DNA from: Dicyema japonicum
Taxonomy: Eukaryota; Animalia; Dicyemida
Direction: 5' to 3'
NCBI GenBank assembly: GCA_011109175.1
Contig: RDEW01000045.1
Location: 100,482-164,481 of the forward strand
Length of the DNA stretch: 64,000 nucleotides
Of the stretch, positions 1-12,048 are shown piece after piece. The notes under the pieces were generated by a model. That model saw only the letters and a program-made list of their open reading frames with translations. It made no database searches and was not told where the DNA came from. Each line of letters starts with the position of its first letter. The stretch's first letter is position 1. The translations under genes and the position numbers were made by a program.

Positions 1-353
1 GTCAAAAATAGAGTTGGTCTCGACCTCCTTAGTCTCCTCAGTCCTTTCTGGAAAGCCTAGGGGATTAATTGATCGAGTAATTAAGCTGTCGTATGCCAGC
101 GGGTGCGCGTCAGTTCGAATTGATCGAAAATTACCAATATTTTGTTTCATTTCAATGAAGATTTCGTACAAAATGGACTTGTAGGGATGTCTGTGGAAGG
201 AATCGTAGCTGTCGTTACTGATTAAAAATACCGTGACTGCCGATCAGAATCACTTACGGTGGAGGAGAGCGAGGACATGACGAGGTTGACCATGTCATTA
301 AAGGAACTGAATTCTTGGTGTTGTAGCTGATACGACTTTATGTCGGCATCCAT
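1..353 (-). CDS. Pbx: Pbx/Extradenticle-like TALE homeobox gene, 5' part (PBC domain), runs off the window
   Basis: ATG at 353. A 23-nt GT-AG intron (231-209) joins MDADIKSYQLQHQEFSSFNDMVNLVMSSLSSTVSDSDRQSR to YDSFHRHPYKSILYEIFIEMKQNIGNFRSIRTD..., open to position 1. HPYKSILYEIFIEMKQ aligns with PBC-A HRMKPALFNVLCEIKE. Absent from the ORF track; the homeodomain is not visible. Confidence 0.7.
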
Positions 354-360
354 TATTTAA

Positions 361-600
361 AGAAGACACAGTACAAAATTTCCTATTTAACTTTCGAAAT
401 TTTATTGTTTATAAATTTATTAATATTTTCAGAAATTAATTAATATATATTATTATTTCGATAAAATGAACTGTTAAAGTATAAAATCCATTTTAAATAT
501 AATAATAAATTTTGTCTTATTTTATCCATTTTAAAGGAATTTGTTTTTTGCCTCTCAAAGTTCAAAATTGTACAAATTCATTTAAATCGTAACCATTGCT
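361..600. promoter_or_regulatory. A/T island upstream of the Pbx-like gene (putative promoter)
   Basis: Nearly pure A/T tract directly upstream of the ATG; the same arrangement recurs at almost every gene in the window. Confidence 0.5.
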
Positions 601-1482
601 GAGGTTTTTAAAGAACCAATAAAATGAATTTATTTTTACCTCATTAAATCACACTATTGTACAAATTTAACTGCCATAAAGCTCCGTTTAGTTAAAAAGT
701 ACCTGTATAACCAAAATGATGAGGTATCCAGATCAGTTCAGAGGAAGGGCACCCCGAACGAGTTGCTTTCCAGAAATTCGAAAACACGCTTGTGATCCCT
801 GGCGGACCACTCGAGGTGACTCATGGATTTTCTATAAACTGGAGTGCTTTAATTCGTTTGTTTCTTATCCAAATTATACTATTTCCTTCTGTGTGAAAGG
901 CCGCGCTCTGTCCTCATACGTGAGGATTACTGATTAATGTCTGCGTGATGAGAAATCCCAGGGAGGAGTTCAGGCTCTTGGGGCAGGCCTTCAGTATTCA
1001 ATTGTGTTATAAAAAATCAATATAATATCTTCATCGACTTGATAATTTGTACTTTTATTGGCAGTCTAAACCCACATTAGATTGAATGTGCTGATTGTTA
1101 CTGAGTTAGATTTTCAACTTTAACGGAAGAAGGTTAAGGTCTGTGGTTTTGGTTAATTTTGCAATCAAACAAAATTATTTTTACTGTGATTTAAACTTAC
1201 AAAAATGCACTCAATCAGTCATCCTGTTTTCGGCTGATCCTTTTGCTACCACTGATCCGATGGAAGGCTTGGAGATGAACCGTCCTCCAAGAGACTCGTA
1301 AGATACCAACACCATAGTGATTCATCATATGACATTATTGACATTATAATGTCACACCTGTCCATATTCGTTCAATTACAACCTTGAGTGCCAATCATTT
1401 GTTAATACTTTGAGTACATCAAAGAGAATTCGGTAAAAATTTACTGGGACATCTAAAGTCAGAGTAGGGGAAATTAGATCTT

Positions 1483-1830
1483 TTTGGACACCAGGCATTG
1501 GGCGTCTCCTGATACAAGTGGATAACCTGAAGCCTTAGGATTTGCTGAAGGCACAGAGCGGAATAGAATCCTTCAACTCAGGGATATACTGACTATGCTA
1601 TCTGGACTATATACACGCAGTATCTCTTAGTTATCCCTCAATAACATGTGGGAGGCCATATGCCAGTCAAGTGGGACTTATCCTTTCAAAATATCCGCCA
1701 TTGTAGGAACCCCATTAGAGTAAATAAGAGAAGGATCCTTTTGGACGCCGTTCAGGCATTGGGCTCCTCCTGAGTTGGATCCACTTCTAGAACTTGAAAA
1801 ACAAGAGCAGGAAGGAATCTTTCAACCAAG
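1483..1830 (-). mobile_element. Two copies of SINE family 2
   Basis: Motif ttttggaNgccN(n)caggcattgggcNNctcctga...ggat at 1483 and 1740, shared with 42481, 50258, 61033 and others. Confidence 0.65.
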
Positions 1831-2119
1831 TAGGTATTGCAGCAAATAATTGGTAAATTTCACCAAAATGACATTGAAATTATAGTTTTTTGTTTAGAAT
1901 TACCGAACTAACAGACAAATTTGTCAATTATAACGTCTATGGATAATTAATTTTCCGCTTTGTTGTCACAAGAATGGTTACTCATAAAGTGTCAACTTAA
2001 TAGAGCGGGCTTTTTATTTTCATTTTGTTTTTATCTAGTTTTAATATTAATATTTAAAAAATCATTTATTCTGTATTTAAAGTCTATTAATTTCACAAAT
2101 AGCTTAAGGTTCCTTTGTC

Positions 2120-2370
2120 GAACAGAGTTCTTATAAGAATTATATGAACCCTTCCGCGGACGACCTAGAACGACACTGCCGACTGCCCTGAACAAATGTC
2201 TACACCGTGTGAGAAAAAAGCTAAAGACGGGGGACGGCCTGGACGATCGAGACTACTTGCATTCGACAAAGGAAAAAGGAAGAGATTGACGCTAAATATT
2301 GCTTCTTTGAGTGTTGCACATGCTGGGCTATAAACATTATGGCTTTCGTGAAAGTGCCTTAATAATAATT
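2120..2370 (+). mobile_element. RTE-clade LINE 3' fragment with (TAA)n tail
   Basis: Encodes GRPRTTLPTALNK.., a typical RTE C-terminus; 3' UTR ends gctataaacattatggctttcgtgaaagtgccttaataataat. Confidence 0.6.
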
Positions 2371-2735
2371 AATGAATAAGCATGTAGAGAAGTAACGGGG
2401 TTATACTGAAGAAACTCTAAGAGTATAGTACATGTCACCAGAAACTCTGTTGATTGAGTTGAGTTCATTCCTACTTCCAACCAACATGTGGAGCTGTCAT
2501 GTGGTAGTTTAAAAGAATCCCATTGGATGCGGTAAGAGAAAGATGACAGACTCGGATGAGGGGATAAGAATAAAATGGCAGTTAAGAAGAGGGTGGTGTC
2601 TGTAGTCGTTTAAAAAACTTAATAAAAGCTAAGAATTCCGACTGTCTAGACATATTATTGATTATAATCCCGACAATATAATCTTATCTTTTTATGACCC
2701 CATTATCTTATTTTATCTATTTAATAATTTTTAGT

Positions 2736-2880
2736 CAAAGTACGCGGTCCTACCCAACGATTTTTTGATTGTTCCACTCGCTGTTGAAACGTCTGGTTCC
2801 CTTGAGCCTGCAAAGCTGGAATTCTTGAGTCGTCTAGGAAATAGACTTCTGCACGAACGGGAGATCCCCGTTGCTTGCTA
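2736..2880 (+). mobile_element. CRE-like RLE non-LTR element, 3' fragment
   Basis: KYAVLP..FLIVPLAVETSGSL..LEFLSRLGN, homologous to 47539-47766. ORF 2721..3002 is its antisense. Confidence 0.75.
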
Positions 2881-3379
2881 TCATGAGAGGGAATAACTAC
2901 GCATACAGGACGGGCGGTGTATAATATTTTGTTTTTTTTAAATTTTTTTATTAATAAATCAATTTTATTTATAAATTTTTTAGTTATTTCATCTGATTCC
3001 ACGACCTGTTAGTCGGAAGGCTGAGGTGGGGACGTAATCAGGTGATTCCAGGGTTCATCTCATATCGGTGTTTTTTCTTGATCCAACAAACTCTCGATAG
3101 GTACGTTTTGATTTTTCACGTGAAATACAAGTGGCGCCTGACCTTCTTACAAGGTCCTCGAAAGGGGTTGCCCGTGTCATAACTTTGGTTATTTCATAAA
3201 CAGATTGGGTGGCTCTTGATTGAACAATACCATGTTTTGTATTCCGGAAATATCTACTTAATACTGTGATGCAAGGGGAAGATATATTATCACCAAAAAT
3301 TGTAAGCCTGGGGTTAATAATAATAACTTTTACCTTCCGAGGCAAAAGAAAGTCGATTGGTTAAAATTTCCCCTCCCCA

Positions 3380-4130
3380 ATCGGATTTCTCTGCAGAGAT
3401 GAGAGAATGCTCTATCCTACGACAGTGGGAACAATAGGAGACCACAGACGTTGGATGGCTCTATTGACTGTGGGAACTGGGATTACCCAAATGTCTGACG
3501 TTTTTTTCTGTCTTCCTTTTTCGGATGTTGGCATCGTGTGCACTGAACAAGATGTGGAGTATTTGGACTCGCAGAAAACTTTTTTCCTTAAATCTTCAGA
3601 TGCGCTTATATAACGCGTTCATACAACCAGTCCTATTATATAACTCGGGAACATGGGGAACATCAAAAACGGACCTTGACAGACTAGACACAGTTCATAA
3701 AAATCATTTGAGAAAAATTGCGGGAATCAAATGGACACAGATTATCAAAAACGACACTCTCTACAAATTATGTAAATGCAAACCGATAAGCAGAGAAGTA
3801 ATTGCCTCACGCTGCCGACTTTACGGTTCTGAGAATGGACGAAGTGATTCCTTGCAATCAAATTACGGAATTGGATTTCGGGTCGGCCAAGATGTACGCT
3901 TCCCCTTTGCCCGAATAACGATTACAAATTGGCGGTCAACTCAAAACTAGAGACGATCTTGAGGATATTCGTAAACGCGCAAGGAACAGAGCTAGATGGA
4001 GAGGGCTGACTGGGAGGATAGTCGAGTATACGGTACGAGCGAAACCCTAGGCATTTTACCTGCTTATGGCAACGCGTGAGGGCTATTAACTGACTTAATT
4101 TTCTTGGTGATCCCGGGATTCTGAATAAAT
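3380..4130 (+). mobile_element. RTE-clade LINE, 5'-truncated RT/C-terminal part
   Basis: RLYNAFIQPVLLYNSGTW...LDTVHKNHLRKIAGIKW and DDLEDIRKRARNRARWRGL; frameshifted. Confidence 0.8.
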
Positions 4131-4140
4131 AACCTTCGCC

Positions 4141-4770
4141 TTATTTATTTAACCCAAGACCACGGTAAAGCAAAACTAATTATTACGTGATCCCGATGCA
4201 TTCTAACAGAGACCTCATCTTTGCCCGGTGTTCTTCCCTCGTGCCCGTACATGAACGTACAGGACGGCTGACTGAATTTTCATGTCCACATTCTCGTGAT
4301 CTGATGTCTAGTCTCATAAGGGCCTTCAGAGGCGTAGGTCCGGTTCGATGATCTTCACAAATCCAACGCTCCGTTACTCTGTAAACCCTCTTTTGCATTT
4401 CTTCAATTTTCCTCATATTTGTTCAAGATATGGACGGTCTTCACGAGGCACATGCATATGAGAAACATGGCTCGATGTACTGTCTTTACACCTTCATCCG
4501 GACCGGGTGAGTACCACTCTTCCATATTCCCGATAAACTTTTCAATACGTTCAGTTTCTTCTCCCATTTCAATAGAATGTTTTCTACGTGTAGTGTCAGA
4601 CAGAGATGCATATCAATTGTCACACCCAACATCCTTTGACATCTGTTGAAAGAGATGCCGACCTTGTTTAACTTAAAGGTGACTCTCTTCCTCCCCAATC
4701 TTTTGTCAGAAGTAAATAGTGACGTAGACGACTTCTCTGCATTCTCTGTCTTCACATTTTCATGCTAATT
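4141..4770 (-). mobile_element. APE-type LINE family A (I/Ingi-like), 3' fragment
   Basis: RMLGVTIDMHL...KWEKKLNVLKSLSGIWK; 3' stem-loop plus (TAAA)n tail; homologous to 14330-14645 and 28800-29245. Confidence 0.75.
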
Positions 4771-4819
4771 CAGATTTTTATTTGTGGTTTTTGCCATTTT
4801 TAACCTAGCGATTGCACAC

Positions 4820-4902
4820 AAATATTTCCCTGTCCAACAAAACCAACAACAAATCTTAGAGCCACGAACCCTAACAAAGTAACAAAAGCTGTCAGGAAAA
4901 TT
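4820..4902 (-). pseudogene. 85-bp MFS transporter fragment (IFLTAFVTLLGFVALRFVVGFVGQG)
   Basis: Near-copy of 7186-7270; LRFVVGF is an MFS/SLC22-type helix motif. Confidence 0.45.
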
Positions 4903-4943
4903 ATCAATAAAAATATTTTGCACGAAAATAGCCAAGCATTCAG

Positions 4944-6120
4944 TTATTCTGGTCCCTTTCCTTTCGTAAGTGAATTTTCCGCACTATTCTGTCAAAGTGC
5001 CACAAATAGCATAGTCCAACCAGTCTTAGAGTCCCCATGAAAATAAACTAAGTAAACAGAAACGGAAAAACCTGAAACAGAACCGAAAGAACCGAGGAGG
5101 ACCTAGACATCCCTGCTGTTAAATTAGCCACAAAGAAGCCATCAAGACCTACTGTACTGAAGTACTTCCCCCTTATAGAGTCAGAAAATATCCCTTCGGC
5201 AACAACAGCGGGGGAGAACAGCCCAGCCTCCTTGGAGATAGCAAAACACTCTTCATTCTAAACTAGCTCAACCAATTAAACTTTCATGGTGATTTCTGTT
5301 TGGTATCCTTCAGTTTCCGTATCGGGGGAAAGGCTATAGTGATTCCGATGTTAAAAGGCTTAATCTACTCTAGCTTTACTCACGTGGGTAAACCTCCATT
5401 GAGAGAGCGTCGGCAAATCCTCTCAGGGCAAACTTACTGGCGGAATAAGCGGTGTATCCATGGAGGCCAAAGAGTCCAGCAATCGAGGACACAAAAACGA
5501 GCCTTCCGTGACGTTCTGACTTCATCGTCGGGAGAACAGCTTGAGTCAGGTTCACTGCCGTAAAGAGGTTTGCGGATATTTGACTCTGCCGTGACTTTCA
5601 AAGTAAACTTGAAAGCAGTCCTCACCTAGGGACTCGAATTGTCCTGGCAAAGCTGCCCCCGCACAGTTAAATACGTAGTCGATTCTTTTAATGCCCTGAA
5701 TTAGCAATGTGATTACTTTTTTGGAGAGAAAATCATTGAGGACCGTTTTTATTTCATTAAGATCTCTGCTTAGGTCCAAGGAGATGGTGGAAATTGACTA
5801 AAGTACAGGAAGATGAGTACCGAAGGGCTTCTCACTATTTTGGCGTAATTTTTGAGGTCGTACTCGGCCTCCCCAAGTTTTCCTGCTTTGAAAAACAAGG
5901 AGTACCGTGTTCCTTGCGATTATGATGATGTCAAATTTATGGAGGACGCAAATGCGGGCGAGGGCCTTTCCAATGCCACTGGAACCCCCAGATATCTTAA
6001 TTTCAGAATACATGGAGATACGATGACATTCTTGTCAGTTCCATTCGATTGCGTCGGCCTCATGAAAATTATTATTGCAATGCAAAGAAGAATTAAGGCG
6101 CAACCCAACAAAACGATCAT
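4944..6120 (-). CDS. KDSR: 3-ketodihydrosphingosine reductase (SDR family), multi-exon
   Basis: N-terminal TM; [13 protein letters not shown]; [13 protein letters not shown]; [14 protein letters not shown] (YxxxK); AFPPDTET; C-terminus [25 protein letters not shown] at 4944-46. Needs one extra base at about 5880 and about 5326. Confidence 0.9.
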
Positions 6121-6249
6121 AATAATTTAAATATTTAAAAATTATTTTTTATTAAATATTTTTGAAAATAATATTAATTTAAAATAGTTTAAAAAATTTA
6201 TTAGTATTTGAATTTATGTGTAAATAAAAGATTTTGTTATTTATATTAG

Positions 6250-6420
6250 AAAAATTAGCTGCGTGGTGCCATATGGTGCTACGTGGCTTATTAGTTGAGA
6301 ATATCTCTTCCTACCCTCTGATGGCGTCATTGGATCAACCTTGCTCAGGAGACGTCTATGGCTGGCCGGCATTCAAGAGGATTAAGCTATTCATTCCACC
6401 AGTAGACAATTTCATTGTTT
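6250..6420 (+). mobile_element. SINE family 2 copy
   Basis: ggcgtcattggatc..ctcaggagacgtctatggctggccggcattc is the reverse complement of the family core; the head abuts the A/T island at 6125-6245. Confidence 0.55.
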
Positions 6421-6679
6421 GCCGACGAGTTCTGGAATTTACCTCAGCTCCTTGAACAACGGTCTTGGAACAATTTTATTTTATTTATTATTTAAATAAC
6501 AAACTTTGAGTGGAATGACCTGATCCAGATTTTTCCGGGTCGAGTCTCTCTGTTGTCCACTCCGGTGAAGGTTCCGTGTATCAAAGATGTTTCTTGAATA
6601 ATAGTCAAGTGCGGAACCAGATTAGGGACTCACATCTATCAAAGGAGAGGGATGTTAATATTTCTTGGCCCTCTTCAAA

Positions 6680-7700
6680 CTATTAGTAAGCAAAAATGCT
6701 CCTTGAGTTCTGCCTAAGATCAACGGGAAATGTGGTAGACCACATGAAAAGATGTGACGTAACGACGGATTCTGAGATGTATGATTGTCAATAAAAATGT
6801 GTGAATTATCCTAGATTTTGGCCATTTATCCAACAAAGGTATGCAAATCTGTGTAAGTTATTTATGGTATTTTTCGTCGCTAGCGAAGTCCACATCTTTC
6901 TAATAGGAATACGTCGCACCTCAACCTTCAGACCAATTAAGCAGATATAAGACATCAGACACTCAAAGTGTTGAGCAAAGTAAGTGTGAGATGGATGTTA
7001 GACCCACTCCACTGGAGGGGTTTCCACAGATGCAACTATGGACGTCTTTTACCTTTTATGTTGAAATTATCGTTCATTACGGTATATCTAGTTCCAATGA
7101 TCGAAGAGAGACACATCATTTCCAAGCGTCATGATCATCCATATCTACCACAGTGAGAATGCTCTTAGTGGTGTAGGGAAGATCCAAATATTTCCCTGTC
7201 CAACAAAACCAACAACAGATCTTAAAGCCACAATCCTAACAAAGTAACCAAAAAAAGCTGTCAGGAAATTTACTGGAGAGGAAGAGAAACCACATGAGGG
7301 GCTACAGTTAAGAAACTCAGATCCCTCACTTTGAGGCATCTAAGAGAATTATTACAAACTTATTGATTGGTGCTGTTAACAATTAACAAAGGGTTTTCAT
7401 GGCTGAACATAACGTTGATGGCATCTCAGCTATCTGTCGTGAGTTCGGTGGAATAGCATGTGATTCGTATGAGGAGATGAGTTGACAATTTGCTCTTCAA
7501 GGGAAGTGATTCCCAATGATTAGAATAAATAGCCACATAATATTTAAGTTCAGTATCAAGAACGATTTTTGGACCCCTAGTTACCAAAGGAGAAGAATAA
7601 ATCTGTCTGATTGTCCAAGTCGATGAGCAGGAATTTAATAATATACCCTCCAACTCCCAATTTCTTGTAAAAATAAATTTGTTGCTTTGGTAAATTCAAG
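6680..7700 (-). pseudogene. Decayed SLC22/SV2-like MFS transporter
   Basis: Motif remnants in the expected order but in different frames: KKLGVGGYIIKFLLI; FLTAF..IVALRSVVGFVGQG; IPLLDKWPKSRII; TFPVDLRQ. Many stops. Confidence 0.45.
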
Positions 7701-7816
7701 TCCACTAAAAAAATATTTACGATTTAGGCCGCTTAATCTTGTAACAGTTTAAAACTCGACTTATCCCCAACATAAATCAAAGTAAAAAAATAAAACAAAT
7801 TTATAAAATAATAATA

Positions 7817-9999
7817 TTAACATGAAAGTAATTTAATCAATTCTTCGATAGAACATTTAATTCCATTATCTACAAAATCGCAAAGATAATTCTCCACAAA
7901 GTCCTCAAGCATCTTCTCAGTCCAACAAGACGAGTCTTCCTCATTACATCAAATACAGACATTCCACTACCAGACTTCAAAAGGCCAATAATAACCCCAC
8001 TAATAAACTGAACATGTCGATCCCCAATATTTAGAAAGTTAATATGCTAATCTAACAAAAACACCCAACCTTCAGAACAGAGACCACCGAAAGCTGTCCA
8101 GAACTCACAAAAAACACACACAAGTCAGCAAAGTTAGAAATACTCCCACCAAATGAACCAATGTCCTCCATCTTATCCCCCAAAAGCAGCTTAAACCGAA
8201 TCTATGTTAGAGTACAGAAACAACCAAAAAATCCCGCTTAAACTGAAAGAGGGAATTCAGCAAATGAGCATAGTACGGGTTGTATTCCCTTTCTCGCAAA
8301 CAACAGTGGACTACCACGGACACAATCTGCCCGTCCACCTTCTCATTGATTGTCAGTCGTCTGAGTTTCTCGAAGGCGTCAAGAAAATCCTCAAATAAAC
8401 AACAACACAACCTCACTGCTCATTACCAAACAGAAAATAGTCTTCTCAACCTGTGACCTCAAATTCTGTCTCCCTGCTGCAGCCAATAGTCTATCACTGA
8501 ACTCAAATCCAGCCAAAGACGCCAAATTCAGATCACCTGGGCTCTCAATATTCTCTGTAATGCTCAATATCAGCTCCAATGGTTGATTTATCAATATTTT
8601 CGTGGTTTTGGGAGGCTCAGAAAAAAATGAGGTCGCAACAGTACACCCAAACTCAGGCAGAAGATCAATTCCGTTATCATGAGTAACGGATTCGAGAAGT
8701 TCAGCAAGGAAAACAAGCTTCGTGCTATTTAAATAACAACCAATAACTAACAATCGATTAGGCGGCAAATTAAGTTTGGATTTAATTGAATTTATTAGAG
8801 TGTAGACCCTCGTAGAGTTGGAAGTCACAAGACGATGACCAATCCCTCAAATGACGCTAAAAACTACATTTCAGGACCAAAAGCAGGCATTCCACTCGTC
8901 GTTGAGTTACACATTCACAGACCCGCTCCAGAATTTCAAACATGCAGTCCTGAGAAATCGTCTGTAATTAAAAAAAGAAGAGGCACGTTGAAATGCATAC
9001 AAGAGGTCAGAAACAGCAGCATGATGTGTGCCTCGTAAGAAAATGGAGCATCTTCGTCCACCTGATCACTAGAGAGGCTGTCAAAAAGTTGTCTCGAGGA
9101 TAGGGAGACGATGAATCTGACTAAAAATGATTAAAAGTAAGTACGAAAGATAAGACCAGAAGAGGACAGAATATGGGGGAGGACACTTGACAAATCAAGA
9201 ATCACTCGCTCAAGAAAGATGTCCTTGCGGGCCAACAGCCAATCCAGAAAGCATTTAGCAAGAAATTGGGAGGCCTTCTCGTCCCTGCATACAATAAGCA
9301 GTTCGTCTATTTGTATAGCAACCCACATGGTCGTATTCTTCGACAATCTACTGTAAGTTTGTGCAAGAACCGGTTTAGTGCTGAGTTCAGTTTTCCCTTG
9401 ATAATCTGAAGACCTTCCTTCCTGAAATAAATGGCTGATTTGTCGATTTTCGTGTTGGGGTTATCATCGGTCACTGGCGTTGTGTCCTGAGAGACGTTTA
9501 GGAGTTCAGATGAAGGGTCTTCTACGGGCAAATTTGATATGTCCTCGTTGTAGCAAATTTCCAACAGTTCTGAAATGATAAAAGGAAGAAACCTTCGAGT
9601 CCGTCAGCTCTGAATGCAGCAAAACGTTCATTTCCAGTTTCTGGAATGTTTAGTATTTTTTCAAATCTTTCTACAGTCAAAGTGTCATTCTAATTATTAT
9701 ATTTTAACCACTACGTCTTCTAATTCACAATATTTGGCGCTCTTTGTTTGAATTATTTTATTTGTCTTTTTCCGTTTTTTTGAAATTGTCTAAAATTATT
9801 TTAAATTTTACATTAATTTCATTTTTTGCATTTTCTACAATCTTCGAATCACGTGCTTTGCTGTATTTTTGGTTGTGTTTCTACAAGCTTAATGTAATCA
9901 CTACTTGGTGTTTTTTGTTTTTTCGGGTTAATTTTCGTGCCTCCTTTCGAGTAAGTGGCCTAAAATTAGTTCCATTTTAAACTTGGAAGAGTGTTCCAT
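7817..9999 (-). CDS. NOM1: Nucleolar MIF4G/MA3 domain protein (NOM1/Sgd1), multi-exon
   Basis: MEHSSK|PLTRKEARK across a 23-nt intron; MA3 domain KTIFCLVMSSE-DFLDAFEKL...VHCCLREREYNPYYAHL; TAA at 7817-19. Confidence 0.85.
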
Positions 10000-10689
10000 T
10001 AAAACAACTCACAGCGAAAAAATCACGATTTTTTTAAATTAAATTTAAATTAATTATTTTTAACAAAATTTTGTATTCTTAAATAATTTTATTAAAAATC
10101 ATTTGTCAGTAATTTTTTAGAACTAATATATTTATTTATCATATTTCGAAACTAAATGAGGCTGAAAAGCAGTTGCTATAACTGAATTAAAAAAACCATT
10201 AGACAGAATACTGGTGTACCAATTTGAACCGTTTTAGTTAATCAATCAGTAATTAGTACATTTAAATTATTTCTTTTGTCTATAAGATATTTCTTGTATA
10301 CATCGTGGCCACTGTCTAATACGTGCTACTTCTATATCCTCCAAGTTTTTTCAATTTTAGGGTGGAAGGAATTCGAACCCGGATCCTAGGTGCATCAGAA
10401 ACTTCCTTTGATTACAACTTCTGGTTTTCGATGTTTCCTGATTCCGTCAGATCACGAGAAGAAAGAAGACAAGAGCTTTTATTCGACGTGAAGCCAAGTA
10501 GATATCTCGTACTATAAAGGTACGTCCCACCTCAACATTCCTACAATCAACCACGTAGTTAACTGGTTGAAATATGTACCCTTAAATTGTGGGAACATAT
10601 GTTAGGTTAAAGACACGAGAACATGGGACCTATGCTATGACCAGAGTTATTTGTAGTTTAGCCATTACCTCTAATAGGCAACATATGGA

Positions 10690-11037
10690 AGTCATTAGTT
10701 CCTAATATGGAAATAATATCCGTTTTAGCTGTCGTTAAGGAGGTAAGTCAACAACGTCACCCAAATAAACATAATGAACCTTGCATTCAGAATTATAATA
10801 ATATTTGAATGTATCATACTAACAGTACTCAAATTTGTGACATTACAGTTATCAGCGATTCAACTTCTCTACTTGGCGGGCACAGTCACACACCACTATG
10901 GAAAAAGACAAGATTACTCCACCACTCTTGCTATCCTCTACATTATCTCCACCATTTTAATTATGGGAGTTATATTTGGACTAGCTGTGATCTTCAAATC
11001 AAACGTTATCAGTTTTATCACAGTACATTATAATTAG
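10690..11037 (+). pseudogene. Possible MFS transporter C-terminal remnant
   Basis: Hydrophobic ORF ..LLYLAGTVTHHYGKRQDYSTTLAILYIISTILIMGVIFGLAVIF resembles MFS TM11-12; no full gene is recoverable. Confidence 0.3.
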
Positions 11038-11549
11038 GCCTAGTAACCTAGTTTATTTTATTTCTAACATTAATACTGGCCATGTCCTCGAGTTACTCAA
11101 TTTCCTATCTCAGATGGGGGGACAACCAGGTATTATGAATATTAAATCACTAGTTGTACAAAATTGTGGAAGAAACTGTTCAGAACGCCGTGGATGACTT
11201 TCAACAGCCATTCAACATGATCCACGACTTCCTCACTTTGGTAGATTAAGGTCATCATAGCTTAGAACTCGATTGACAACCAAAAAACAATGAGAAATGG
11301 ATTTCGATGTCACAGTGCAGTCCTATGACAGCCTGCACACAACTCTCTCCCAATTATATAGAAAATCCAGAAGGAGTCTATCAGAAGCATGCGGGAGAGA
11401 GATTGTGCGTAATTTACTGGAGAGTTTCCGTCCCGTGTTGATTTGGAACACAGTTTTGTAGCATTCACTACTCTCTTCACAGTCTTCGCTTTGGTACTCT
11501 TATTTTGGAGAAACCAGAAAATAAATTTATAATTCTTTGATTTTGTTAG

Positions 11550-12048
11550 TTAATAATACTGTTCATAAGGGAAAGTGTGGTCATAGTCGTAGTAGTTCCA
11601 GTACTCCCAGTCAGAAGAGACCCCATGATAGTCGTACATTGGTTCTGGTTTGAGAACTCTAAATACCGTCCGTAAAAAGCCGCTGTCATTGGACCAGTCG
11701 TGAACTTCTGGATGACTTTGTTTTGGTTTTGAAGAGGTTTGGTTGGTCTTTGGCTTACTGAATTTTCTTTCCTTAGCTCGGCGATTTTGGAACCAGACCT
11801 TTTCCATTACATAGGGATCTCAACCTGAATCCTTCCTTCTGAAACATTTATTGTATCTGAGAGACGTTCTCTGTAAAAAATATCAGGATATTTGATTTCA
11901 GAGTATGCCATTTCGAGTCTGTCCAGTTGGTACTGGGAGAAGGTTGTTCGCTGACGTCGCCGTCCCGTGCCTCCTCGAGTTGGTTTCTTCACTATGCATA
12001 ATTACATTAACTGATTAGAATATTAAATTAGTGTTTACTTTGCTCCAT
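11550..12048 (-). CDS. PRD-class (Q50) homeobox protein
   Basis: RRQRTTFSQYQLDRLEMAYSEIKYPDIFYRERLSDTINVSEGRIQ|VWFQNRRAKERK with a 26-nt intron (11824-11799) at the PRD-typical IQ|VWF position. The 5' exon (ATG 12048) is uncertain. Confidence 0.9.

Noticed and set aside
8204-9038. Plus-strand ORFs 8204..8398 and 8835..9038, and similar shadows (5300, 22474, 47589, 51608, 54437, 61164, 61551)
   Set aside because: Antisense or off-frame shadows of identified genes and TEs.
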